Shown one piece after another: positions 23,401-34,985 of a stretch of 64,000 nucleotides of DNA. Within the stretch, counting starts at the first letter, position 1. The number at the start of each line of letters is the position of its first letter. Made by a program: the position numbers and the translations under genes. The notes below the pieces were generated by a model. It did not search any database, was not told where the DNA came from, and was given only the letters and a program-made list of their open reading frames with translations. Origin of the DNA: Eutreptiella sp. 'Long Island Sound 2002' (lineage: Eukaryota; Protista; Euglenida); assembly GCA_964036045.1 (NCBI GenBank), contig OZ038378.1, positions 55,366,001 to 55,430,000 on the forward strand. Direction: 5' to 3'.

Positions 23401-26400
23401 AGGTGGTCGTCCCTGAGGGCCGGCGCACAGGGGCGGCCGGATTATCCTCGATGCTGGGGCGGGCCTGCCTAGCCTCCCAAGCACTCCCGAGCTCTTCCCC
23501 CCTGGCGGCACGCTGGTGGACGGCACCACCCAGGGCGTTGGGTGGCCGCCCCTCCTCGGCATTGGGGCCACATGACCCCAGGCCAAAAAAAAGGCCGGTC
23601 GCCTGACCTCTTGATTGACCGGGGGGACTGCGTAGGTGAGAGGCCACTACAATGGGGCGGGGGGGGGCTGCTGATCCTTGCTCCCCCCCACCTACGGCAG
23701 GGAGGGACGGCAGCCCCGGGCCGGTGCCCGCAGGCGCCTCCGCCTCCACCGGATCCACCGGGGCGCCGCCCGCACCGCGGGACCCACCCCCCCACCCCCA
23801 GCCCTGAAGAGCAGCCCCCGCCCCACCGCCGGCGGCCGAGCCGCCGGCGTTGTTCCCTGAAGTTTTGAGCCGCATCTCAGCGGCCTTGAGTACCCGCGCA
23901 TTGCCGCGGCGACGACCCCCCCCCCCCGCGGGGTCAGCAGCGGCCTCAGCCGCAGGCCACTAGGTCAGTGGCGGACATGCTCCGCGCACGCCCCCCCCCC
24001 CCCCTCACGCTGCGGCTAGTGCCGCCGGGGGGGAGCTCCTGTGACCCAATGGCGGACGTGCCCTCGGCGCCTTCGCCATCCTAGTCCTCACTGCCGCCAC
24101 GGCGGCAGCACGGCAGGGCCAGCACGGAAGAGACCTAGTCCCCTCCGGTTTGTCCCTCGTGGCCGCCGTGCGCACAGAGGCGGGGGGCTTGTAGGGGAGG
24201 CCACGGGCGCCTAAACTCGCCTCGGCCCACCTCCCCACCCCTCTGCCTCTATACATAGGCTAGCGGACGCCAAAAGACGAATGTCCTCTTCATGTGTTTT
24301 TCACCCCATTTGGATGGTTGGAGGGGGAGTGAGGCATCTCCGAAGGGGCTTGGGGACAGCCTGCCTATGCGGTCTTCCACCCTGGGCAACTGAAAAATGT
24401 ACATTTACGAAACCGATTTTTTTTCATATTATGACCAGTCACAATGATCAAAGATCTTATTTAAAGCATGCTTTAGACCCTCTTTATGTGGTTTTCACCC
24501 TATTTGGCCGTTTGCACAGCGATGGGGGGCTGCTGAGTGCTTTCGTTACTAAGTGATTGTCGGTGGGCAGGGGGCTGGTTGCGGCACCTTTAGCCTATAG
24601 CAACCCTACTTAGTCGTGGTCTCACAGCCCAGGCCAAAACCCCAAGGCAATACATATGTTTGGTGCGGTCGGTATCATACTGCCTGATGTGTGGTAGTTT
24701 ATTGGGGCAGGCATGCATTTTACATCAGTGCAGAATGGTGTCTGTGGCGTGGCCATGTGTGAACCGATTTGAAGATATGCCTGCATTCTTGATTCTGCAT
24801 ATGCCTGGGCCAGGCTTTGTGAGCACCACCTAATTGTATGCCCACAATAATGGGCCTTGGACCCTCTGTAATGAGGGCAGGTTGGATTTTCCCTGTTGAC
24901 GCATGCTATCCACGAGATTGAGTCAGCGAGCAACGGATTTGGTTTGTGTGCCAGTGGAACGCAGCAGGAACCCGTTGATTGTGGTCTCAGAAGAGATCTC
25001 TTTGAAATGGGGGATCCGGTACAGATCACCTACCCGCCTCAAAACCAGTGCAACACACCCTGGTGTAATTTCAAAAACTTGCGATCTGCTGGTCCTATGG
25101 TTGTTGGATTTCGGGTTTTTGGTTCTATTGTGTTTGCCGAGCAATCATGCGAAAGACAGAAGGTACAAAAGTAGAAAGAGACACTATCATGCATGTCCTT
25201 TACATTGATGGGACGATGTTGGCGGTTGGTGGTGATGGCAAAATGTCAATTTGCATGGCATAGTCAAAAAGGGATAGATCATCTGCGTAATGCTTTGTAT
25301 TCCTACATTTTGGAAAATAGCTTTTCAACACAGACAAACAAGATGTCCTGTAGGAGCAGCAGTTGCATGTGGTCTTCGCATGCAAAGAAAACGCATTGAC
25401 AACAGCAGGGTCTTATAAATAGGGAATCCCATCTACACTATTTTTATCCTTGTAGAGAGGCTGCATTGCTGCCAGGTCAATCCACGTTAGTTTGCATTGA
25501 AATAAAGGAAATTGTTATGTTGGGTCATGTGCATGGGGATATGTGGCAGGGGTACTGGCAAACGAAACATGTCATCGACCTTAGCTTAATGGGGCACATT
25601 GCAGGGGGCAGTCTTCAGAGAGTCTCTTCTCCAAACGAAGAAAAAGAAAGATGCTTTGTTGGGTGATGTGCTCTCAATCGTAAATGGTGCACAGTTTGGG
25701 TATGGGCCCCACGACATGGTATATTTTAGTATTGCATTTGGTGTAGCAGAAATTCGAAGTCGCCAATATGTCGGAGGAGCTTTTGCTATGCCCGCAGATG
25801 TTAGGTGTAACAGTTGATGCAAATCAAGAAGGGTGTAGGGGCCTACATTGTATAGGGCCGTTCCTTGTCAGCGTGTGAGCTGTGAAGGGGGCCGTGCTAC
25901 TCAATGCACCCCACGTCACAGTTGATGACCCAAAGAAGGAGTTGCAGCACTGTGTGCACCAAGTATGCCGGCTTACATAGATACTGCTTTTGCTGAAGTG
26001 TATGGTGTGATGGATCCCTAATTCTTTCTAGAGGGGGCCCAGTCTCTCGGAAGCGGTGACTATACCCTAGCTCACCGTGCACAGTGTGGCTAATTGTGGC
26101 CTACAACAAGCATTCTGGGAGCACTAGATGTGGAAGGAGGCAGCATTAGCTGCAAAAACAAGCGGGGCGTGCAATTAACAGCGACAAAGTAGTATTCACT
26201 AATGGGGACCCGCTTGCAATTCATGCTAGTGTGATTTTGAGGGGGGGCTCATCACCGGGGTAAAATCCTTGCAAATATCCAAAGCATGGAGCACTGTGAC
26301 AACACCCTGCACCAACAACCCCAAAAGGCACAACAAGCGGAAGAGTAGAACCTCGTCAGCGAACCAATACAGAATCTCTTCAAGGTGTGCAATGGATACG

Positions 26401-26639
26401 GGCATTGATGTTTGTCCGGTTTCCATTCAAAGGGGGGGGTTGTTGCGCTACAGATGGGTTGCAACATGTTGATAGACACCCAGCAGACTGCCACGTTGTG
26501 CATGTTACGTACATGTTGTGCGCATGCTATCAACAAATACCCCCATTGGGATGCCTGATGTATGGAGCTCTAGGTAAATGTGTAGCTCGGTTATTGAGAT
26601 TCCGTACCATATTTTGCATGCCACCGGGGAACTTCTACT

Positions 26640-26772
26640 GGGGACCCGGAACACCCCCTCCCCCAGTTGGGGGGGGGTCGACTCCGCGGGACCAAGGACA
26701 CAAACTGCCCCCCCCCCCCCCCCCAAGGGGGCCTCCGGCCAATGATTAGCCGTCAAAGGTACCGGCCCAAGG
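26640..26772. repeat. Dispersed short repeat family (second copy at about 63780-63885)
   Basis: actccgcggg..ggac..aact.ccccc..ggggcctccggcc..ttag..gtcaaaggta..gcccaagg is present at both loci. Confidence 0.7.
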
Positions 26773-26779
26773 AATCCAT

Positions 26780-28257
26780 GGTGGACCGATAGTGCACAAA
26801 CACCAGAACCACATGTGTTTATGCGCTCACCGCTTGGAGTGCCATATCGTGCAAGACGAGGCGCTATACAAAATGTTGTTCCTTGCTCGTGGCAAACGAC
26901 AGATCGGCTGTTGTGAAGATAGGGTCACGGACCCGCGGCTCACACTCCAACATGAGCTGGGCGCTCCAGAGCTAGCGTTCGGCTCCCACATACGGGGTCT
27001 CGGGACTGGGGAGCACCTAATTGAGCTCCCGTTCGAATGAGCGACCTGCTTGCAACACCACGTTGGTGAGTCGCTGGGACCTTCAAAGACCTCCCACGCT
27101 TTGCTATGCTAGTCGTCGCCGAAGTGCTGCAGGCGCAGTGTGAGGGAGTGCCCAACAACCGCCTCACAACGGTTGTCCATCTGTCCTTGGGCAAAAGGGA
27201 GCTAGCATGGCTCATCCATTACCGCCTACCGGTCATGCTAGAGCCATACTTGCCCCGTGTGGAGACCGGTATGGTCCAAGAGCGGCGCATGAGCCGCTGG
27301 GAGTGCCGGCGGACCGTACCGCCTCAGCTATTCGCTTATTGGTGCTTCAGAATTGCGAGGTCTGGTCTGGTGATGGGGATCAGGCCAAGGGATGCAACCC
27401 AATCGCAACAACGATGACCCTCGGGGCCACGTGGGACCAAAAGATTAGCCATCGCCGTGGTTGCAATAATTCTACGACACCATGGAGGTTTCAGTCGCCT
27501 CACCCCGCAGCAGTGTGCCCGCCATCAGCTGCGGCGGCTCGGTCGCAAGCCACCCTTTGTCCACGACTTGTGCCATGTTACGGAATGACGCCGGCGCACT
27601 GGCCGCCAGTGGTTCCAACGGCTGCGGCATTGCCTCTGCTTTCGAGAGATGAAGTCCGGGTCGCTGCCGGGTCACTCGGGTCGGTGGGCACCACCAGCCG
27701 CGAGGGGCCCATGGGCAGGCGTGCATGGCCGTAGTGCAGCTCCGTTGTTTGCTGCAAGAGCTCCGCCTAGGCGTGTCGGGGAACCACAAGCCGTCCGGGC
27801 TCACCTCCGTGAGGAGGCGAAATTTGGCAGGGTTCAAGCGGAGGCCAGCCCCTGCAACTTGGACCGGTCCACACGCAGCAGTGATGCATACGCATTGTCG
27901 TGCCACACATGCCACCAAGCCTGCACCGCAGACACTCCGTCCGTGCCCATCTCACAGTCTAGGGGGCGCGCACGATTGAGTGGCATCCTTGTCAAAGGGG
28001 GTGCCACGAGTGCCGTTGCTCTTGCATGCAACCTTGTAGCGCCGTCGACACGCTAGGCAATGTGGCGTCTGGGAGAGGCTGGCATGCGCGAACTAGCAAG
28101 CGGCCAACGCCGCGGCCACCGTTGCTGAATCCCGTTGCCCCGGCCGAAGCGGCGACCACCGAAACCGGCGAGCCCCTACCATGTGGCACGCAGGGGCACC
28201 CACAGCAACATCATGGGCGTGGGGTACTTCGCCAAGGTCCCTTAGAAGCGGATAAAG
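26780..28257 (+). pseudogene. Highly degenerate non-LTR RT-like remnant, apparently continuing after the TIR transposon at about 35715-35900
   Basis: Frameshifted GIR-QG-C-like motif near 27376. The reading GYFAKVP*KRIK|YVRYVISHALHPENQR joins in frame across the transposon. Confidence 0.4.
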
Positions 28258-30136
28258 CCCTTGGTACACGCTAGAAGACCCCTTCTCGTTCTAGCCTAGA
28301 ACCCGCTAGAGCGGCTAGAATAAAAAAAAGAGGGGGATACCCCCCCCCCCCCCCGCAGGGGGGAGTTTGAGGTGTGTAACCTAGACCCCCCTATCCGTAC
28401 TCGGGGGCCCATACTTTTTTCCACAATTTCATTGTTTTCACCTAATTTTGGAGTCCAAATTTTTTTCGTTCTAGCGGCGTTCTAGCGAGCGCCGCTAGAA
28501 CGCCGCTAGAACGGTTCGCTAGAACGCCGCTAGAACAATGTATATGAATGCTCCGCCTCTCCTCAAAGAGAAGCTGCCCCGGCTACCATGGCCAGCCGTG
28601 GCCAATCACAGGGTCCCGATGCTGGACCCGACTCACGGAGCGCGGGGTTCCCCCCCACCCCCCAACCCCCGGTTAGCCGAGTTAGCCCCGCGCCGCACCC
28701 CATAGGTCACTTGGAAGGTCACTTGGCGGGCCGGCGCCGTGTCACTTGGTGGTGGGTTAGCCCGATTAGCCCGGTTAGCCCGATTAGCCCCCCTGCCCCC
28801 CCCAAGCCCCCATTCGCGAGTCGCGACACGCAGGTTACCCCTCCTGCGTGGTGGGGGGTTGCCGGGGCTCTTCCCTGCTCCTGGCACCCCCCTTCTCACC
28901 CCCCGTGTCCCCTTCCTTCTCACCCCCCTTGTCACCCCCCACCTCACCCCCCTTGTCACCCCCCTCCCCCTTGTCGCCACCCTCGTCCCCCTCGTCATCC
29001 CCGTCATCCCCGTCATCCCCATTGTCCCCCTGGTCCCCCCCCCCCCCCAAGGCCTCACGGAGGTGGGCCTCCGCCTCTTCCCGGGTGCGGAAGAAGAGCT
29101 CCCCCGGCACCCGGAAGATGGCCCCCTCTTTCTCCAGCTTCCTCTTCTTCCCGTTCTTCCCCTTCTTCCCCCCCTCCCCATTGGACCCCTGCGACACCAC
29201 CCACCACTCCCCCGGGTCCAACTCCTCATCCCAATCCCCCAACACCGTCACTTGGCGGACGGCCCCCCCATTGGCGCCCTCCGCCCAAGGGACATACCGG
29301 GTGTCCCCCACACCCGGCACATTCCCATTGGGGTCCCGGCCCCTATCTTGCAAGGGGGGGGCTTGGGGTTTGGGGGGGGTGGCTTTGCCCTTGCCCTTGC
29401 TCTGGGGCTTGGCCTTGGCCTTGGGCTTGCTCTGCTGGGCTTGGGGGGGGGGCGTCTTCCTCGCTACTCTTGAAGTGTCGGGGTTTTTTCTTGGGGGCCT
29501 TGTGGGGGGTTTGGGGGCCTTGGGGGGGGGGTCCTCCCCCCGTTGCTGGTTCTGCTGCTGCTGTTGCTGCTCGTCTCCCCCCCCCCCCGGTCCAGCAACC
29601 TCACCAAACCCTTGCGCCGCGGGTCCATGCCCCCCGCACTCCTGCGCGCTTCCCACCCACCCAAACCCTTCAGCACCGAGAGGGCCAGATTGGGGTCCGT
29701 CCCCATCATCCGGCCCAACTCGGTGACCCCCCCGAGGCGCGTCCGGCCTCCGCCATCGCGCCACTCCACGCGCACCCCGCAGGGGTCGGCTCCACACGTC
29801 TGCACGCTGTGCGGCTCCGGGGGACCCCCAGCGGGGGTTGCGGCGGGCTTGGGCTTGGACTTGGGCCGGGAGGTGATGCTGTGCCCCAAACGTGCATACG
29901 CCCCTTGGTTCGCCGCCTCCGGGTTGAAACCCCCTATGTTCATCAGCGCCAACCAAGTCGGCGTCCAGGTCCAGGCCTTCCCCACATACTCCATCCCCCC
30001 CAAGCCCAGCCCCTCCCAGCAGTTGGTGACGAATTGCCAGTGGGTGCCCCCCCCCTTTTTCCTCTCTTTCTGAGTGTCTATTTTTTTTCGTGTCTATTTT
30101 TTTTCGTGTCTATTTTTTTTCGATTTTATTTCGTCC

Positions 30137-30967
30137 ATGGCTGAGCTGTGGTTCCGGAGGAGGGCAATCCCTCTCTGGAAAGAAGTTCGGTCAATAGCCA
30201 AAGCCCCGATGGAGAATGGTGCTCATTCAATTGCCAAGGCCCCAGTGGAGAACGGTGTTCACTCAATTGCCAAGGTTCCAGTGGAGACTAGTGTTCAGTC
30301 GGTTGCCAAAGCCCCGATGGAGATTGGTGCTCATTCAATTGCCAAGGCCCCAGTGGAGAATGGTGTTCAGTCGGTCACCAAGGCCCCGGTGGAGAATGGT
30401 GCTCATTCAATTGCCAAGGCCCCGCTGGAGAATGGTGCTCAGTCAATTGCCAAGGCCCTGGTGGAGAATGGTGCTCAGTCGGTCGCCAAGGCCCCGGTGG
30501 AGATTGGTGCTCAGTCAATTGTCAACGCCATGATGGAGAATGGTGGTCAGGCAATTGCCACAGCCCCGGTGGAGAGTGGTGCTCGGTCGATTGCCAAGGC
30601 CCTGGTGGAGAATGGTGTTCAGTCGATTGCGACCGCCCCGTTGGAGGATGGTACTCAGTCAATTTCCAAGGCCCCGGTGGAGAACACGGACTTATTGAGT
30701 GTTGACATGTGTCGTGTCCTGTCTGCCAAGGAAGATAGCAGGCAGATGCTGCGGATGCAGAAAAGGGGCAGCTATTACTTCATCGAGTGGATCCCTGACA
30801 ACATCCGGAGCACGGAGCTTGACAAGCACATGTGCAGGTGCAAAGCAGGGGCAACGGTTACTTTGTCGGGTGGATGCCTGACAACACACAGGGTACGGAG
30901 CTTGACAGGCAGATGTGCAGGCACAGAACAAGGGCAGCAGCGACTTCGTCAACTGGACCCCCGATGA
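30137..30967 (+). CDS. Hypothetical ORF: about 14 x 12-aa repeat followed by beta-tubulin-derived sequence
   Basis: Open frame from the ATG at 30137 with repeat consensus IAKAPVENGAQS. Expression unknown. Confidence 0.4.
   Translation: MAELWFRRRAIPLWKEVRSIAKAPMENGAHSIAKAPVENGVHSIAKVPVETSVQSVAKAPMEIGAHSIAKAPVENGVQSVTKAPVENGAHSIAKAPLENGAQSIAKALVENGAQSVAKAPVEIGAQSIVNAMMENGGQAIATAPVESGARSIAKALVENGVQSIATAPLEDGTQSISKAPVENTDLLSVDMCRVLSAKEDSRQMLRMQKRGSYYFIEWIPDNIRSTELDKHMCRCKAGATVTLSGGCLTTHRVRSLTGRCAGTEQGQQRLRQLDPR
30194..30686 (+). repeat. 36-bp tandem minisatellite, about 14 copies
   Basis: Unit approximately gccaaggccccggtggagaatggtgctcagtcaatt. All copies are 36 bp and in frame. Confidence 0.93.
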
Positions 30968-31198
30968 TATTCCGTGGAACCGGACACCAAGGTGGAGCAT
31001 GAGTAATTTCAAAAATAGATGATTACATGCCAGACAGACCTTTTCAACACATTTACACTGTGGGGGTTTGATTTTGCCGGATCTCAGAGGCACTTGAACC
31101 AGGGTCTTACGTGTAAGCCTCAGATTTTCAAAAACTATGCCAACGAGATCTGTGACATCCCACAGAGGGGTGTGATAATGACTGTTGCCTTTATTGAG
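30690..31198 (+). pseudogene. Beta-tubulin C-terminal fragments (30690-30811 and 31148-31198)
   Basis: LSAKEDSRQMLRMQKRGSYYFIEWIPDNIRS corresponds to beta-tubulin [47 protein letters not shown] corresponds to VCDIPPKGLKMAVTFI. Confidence 0.8.
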
Positions 31199-33008
31199 TA
31201 GCACTATATATTACAGGCAGAGCAGGCCTTTTGTTTTAGACCGGACTACTGCTTGGGACGGTCGTTCACACTGGGGCGAGGCCTATGGCTGTGGCCTCTC
31301 CCCATTATTCAGGTTGTCACCGTCTGAGGTCATTGAGGACCCGTCCTGTGTTTTGTTTGGTTACAGGCAACCGAACATAGTTCTTCAGGGCCCCTCGGGC
31401 CCTAACCCCACTACCTGCGGTTTCTCTAAGTGTTGGCAACGACCAGTCAGCCCTCACTCTTTCTGGGTGACGCTGACGTATGGGCACATCTGGTTTCCTA
31501 TGACCTGTTGTTGAATTCCCCAAGACCGAATGAGTGTCGGGGAGCACTGTAGAGTCTCTGCACCGCTTTTAAGCATCATTGGTGGGTCTCCAGCTGGGGT
31601 GACTCGGAATGCATGATTTTCTTTATATAATGGCGTCATATAGTGGTGTTTTGTAAGCTGAGCTGAACTGTGCACAGTGAATCCGAGACACCGATCGAAC
31701 CTGATATGGATGTGCTGCAGTGCAGCACAACAATGCACTGATTGTGGTAATGACCATGCGCCTGTGACACGGGGGCGTATGCGAGCCCAGTATCCGTTGC
31801 GGCATGCCCCCCCCCCCTTTTTCCTCTCGGGGGTGAACGGGTTGGTTTGCGCCAACTCGAACATTTTCACCCCCATTTCGCGGGGGGGGGGTGCACCTCC
31901 CCCCATCCCTTTCCCGGCCCTGGCAACTCCTGTTGCCACCCCCACCACCCGTTGACCACCCCTAGGCGCAGGGGCTTGTCAAGGTGGACCACCCCCCCCC
32001 CCCCCCGGTCCACCCATACCCACCGCCGCCCCCACCAACAGCTGGTGGTGCACCCGCTGCAACAAAAACCGGAGAGTCCAAACCGGACTCTCCGGGGTGA
32101 CGAGGAGGGGGGTGTCCAAGTTTGGGGGTGGGGGGCGAGCCAGGACAGCCGGGTCCCATGGTAGGTCGTGGATGGCCTCCGCGTCCCTTGACCCCATCAT
32201 CACCCTGAGACACTGGCTCAGTCCCCCCCTCGCCGGCGTCTCCACCACCACCTTCGCCTCCACCTCCTCCTTCACCATCCCCTACTTCATCTCTTCCGCC
32301 TCCACTTCCACCTCCACCACCTCGTCCTCCTCCTCCTCCTTCACCTTCTCCACCGTCCTCGCCAACACCAGCTCCGTCCTCCGCACGCTGCGATCGAGCG
32401 CCTCGATCGCCTCCACCTTCTCCGCCACCTTGGCCTTCGCCTTGCGGAGAGTGCCCTCCGCCATGCGGATCCTCTCCTCATCCCCCATCGCCCGCACCTC
32501 GGCCAGTTTGGTCTTCCATTGGGAGACCTTGGTCTCCAGCTTGGCCTTTGCCCCCTTGCAGGCTGCGAGGGAAGCCGAGAGCCCTTTGCGCACCCCCCGC
32601 ATTTCCTCCACCTCCGGGTCCTCCGGGGCCGCCGCCGCCGCTTTCCTGGCGGCCAACGGGTGACGGGTTGGCAATGGTGGAGGTGGGGCTTGGGGTTGGG
32701 GCTGGGACTTGGCCTTGGGCTTGGCGAGGGGGGGTGGCTTGGCCTTCGGCTTGGCCTCGGCCTGCTCGGCCTGCTCGGCCTGCGCCTGCTGCTGCGCTGC
32801 CATCACCTGCGCAACCAGCGCCTGGGTCGCCGCATTCTAAAGGAAACACAGGAGCGTTCTAGCGGCGTTCTAGCGACATTCTAGCGACCGATCGTGCTGC
32901 CTAGATCAACACTAGACTGATTCCCTAGATTAGGACTAGAACGCACAACAAGACAATGTACCTGGCGGAGCAGCTCATCCATCAACTCCTGCGATGCCAT
33001 GTTGTTGG

Positions 33009-34959
33009 TCAATATTCTGGTTGAGGGAAGCCTGCATGTGGCCCTGGCCCCTCCTTACCTCCATGGCATCCCTGCCCGAGCATGGCACTTGCGACCGCGG
33101 CCAACCCATGCACAACCCACGACACGTCAAAGTATGCAAACAGCCATGTCATGCACTGTGCTTGCACATTGGCCTCCCTGTGGATGGCCGACCACTGACG
33201 ACCCGACACCTCGTCCACCCCCTCCACCCGACAGCCCCCCCACCCGGTTGCTATGCTCGTGGTGACCATGTTTCAGAAAGCGGTTGATGCTTTCCGAAAT
33301 GTCACCCGAGAACATAGCCAACCCAAATGGCTTAATGTTCTGAAACATGGTATCTGCATCATGCTCAAGGCTCAGTAGATACCATGATGCTGTTCCGACA
33401 GTACAGTGGCGCCGGAAATCACGGGCCACGGCAACACAGTTCAATGGATTAGGACCCCGATATGTACAATAGAGGGTCTGCAGAAGGTCCCACATGTTCG
33501 CGATGGCCTTGTACTTGGCCGTGCTCGGCCTAATGCCGAGGCACCTAGCAATATCCGGCCATGCGTCAAGAACATTGGCCGTCTCCTCCCCATCCGGGGA
33601 TGGTGACCCATAAACGCTCCAACCTGCATGCCTCTCCGACAGGAGAGCTTGTAGGTCTTGACGGAGTGCAGGGGTGACTGACCTAGCCTCCCGGTCGACA
33701 AACTCCCCCAACAAGTGGCCCATGGCCATTGTCAAGTGCAAAATGCACAAGACGACCCAGGCACGTGGCAATTTCAAAATTCGCTGCGTACTGCAGCCAG
33801 CGGCTTGCAAGGATGGCGTCCCAAGGAGGAAGGCCGTGTAGTTGGCCTCATCACCCTCCATGGTCCGCCGGATAGCACTATTCTCCCAAGTTTTCTTTTG
33901 GGCATTCCATATCCCCTCATTGAACATGGAGCCCACTTGGGGGCATGTGGACACCCCGATCACCCTTCGTGTCCACGGTTGATGCCCCCTGAGGATCACC
34001 TTTGCCTTCTCCTTGGAGGCCCCCCATTGGACGAGCCCCGTGTCGATGATGTCTTGAATCACCTAAACACGAGACATGGGGGGGTGGTTAATTTCGTTCT
34101 AGTCTAGTCCAATCTAGCGTCTAGCGAGCGGTGTTCGAGGCTAACTAGATCAAAACTAGAACGAGGGAAAGGCACTAGGTGAGAGGCCTACCTCCCCATT
34201 GCTCCTCCACAACGTCCCATGGGTGTCCATGGCCTTGTCATCGCAATTGGCCGTGCTCAACACCCAAAGGCCCGCGGGGGAGCGGGCCAAGCGGTCGAAG
34301 TTGGCCAAGGAGATGGTGAGTTGGGTCCAATTACCCCAGGCCACGGGGTAGGCATCTCCCCGGACGATGAACGTCAATGGGAAGTTGCGGTTGATTGACC
34401 GCACCAAGCCCGGCCGGGAGAGGATGTATGTGACCCATGAGGCGAAGGGCCATGAGATCCCGGTGGCCTTGGGCAACACCGTGGCAACGGGCTCATCCAA
34501 TTGCGTGGGGGCGACCAACTCCTTTCAACGGGCTTGGAAATCCCGCTCGATACAAATTGGACGGGAGTAAGCGCCAACGGGGACGGTGCGGTGATACTCC
34601 AACTTACGGAGCGTGTAGAGCTCCGAGAGGGTCCTCCACGAGGACTTGGGGGCCCTCATGTTGAGCACTAGTTCACACATGGCGGTGGGGGGGAGAAGGG
34701 AGGCGGCGTATGCCTCAACAGCGGCCTTGCATGCCTCACCTGTGGTATGGGTAGAAGTGGCGGAGTTCACATATTGGACGGCGTTGTTGAATTGCTGCCG
34801 TGCAAGGGGGCATGATAGCGCCCACATGGCCAAGTAATGGCCCACCCGCTCATCCTTGAGGTTTGAAGCCCCACTCAACCCCCGTAGCGCCTTAGACAAG
34901 AGGAAAGTATCCTTCCCGGTTGAGGAGGGAGCAAGGCGGGAAGTGGTGGGGCGTTTCAT
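33009..34959 (-). pseudogene. DDE transposase with one intron (34063-34191), one in-frame TGA (34525-34527) and a frameshift near 33240
   Basis: Motifs LTFIVRGDAYP (first D), ILRGHQPW (probable second D mutated to H), VLCILHLTMAMG, SPDGEET, YLLSLEH, FSGDISESINRFLK (final E). The GT-AG intron joins RSNGE|VIQDII in phase 0. Confidence 0.8.
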
Positions 34960-34985
34960 TACAAAAAGAATGTGTGATATCTAAG

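Larger units (their letters stand above)
9693..24284 (+). mobile_element. Full-length degenerate non-LTR retrotransposon (APE-type LINE), about 10.5 kb excluding nested inserts
   Basis: Perfect 19-bp TSD cctcttcatgtgtttttca at 9674-9692 and 24285-24303. Contains an ORF1 remnant plus endonuclease, RT and Zn-finger motifs. Confidence 0.88.
30067..31804 (+). mobile_element. Chimeric non-autonomous retro-insertion
   Basis: Flanked by an approximately 20-bp duplication gc(n)tttttcctctc (~30046-30066 and ~31806-31828). Its 3' end (gtgacacgggggcgtatgcgagccc..tatccgttgc) matches the RNase H LINE terminus at 17918-17962. Confidence 0.75.
28633..33000 (-). pseudogene. Transposon accessory gene: coiled-coil plus K/P- and G/D/E-rich protein, interrupted by a retro-insertion
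   Basis: ATG at 33000 (MASQELMDELLRQ), GT-AG intron 32837-32961, then NAATQALVAQVMAAQQQ and a coiled-coil segment to about 31850. Resumes at about 30040 (MEYVGKAWTWTPTW...WDEELDPGEWWVV). Contains a stop at 32279-32281 and homopolymer frameshifts. Confidence 0.65.

Noticed and set aside
9733-24256. Numerous P/G/R-rich ORFs on both strands, also at 28.6-30.1 kb
   Set aside because: Shadow frames of GC-rich transposon sequence with no independent domain evidence.
9541-24303. Direct repeats at 9541-9692 and 24152-24303 read as LTRs
   Set aside because: The internal RT and endonuclease are LINE-type and there is no integrase or protease. There are no TG..CA ends, the copies are clearly diverged, and a third target copy explains the pattern as tandem insertion.
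30812-31147. Gap between the tubulin fragments as a euglenid non-conventional intron
   Set aside because: No GT-AG ends and no clear terminal base-pairing, and the junction does not restore a clean tubulin sequence.
28633-33000. Second transposon gene as a RAG2-like partner
   Set aside because: No kelch or PHD features. It is coiled-coil and low-complexity, and lies head-to-tail rather than convergent.
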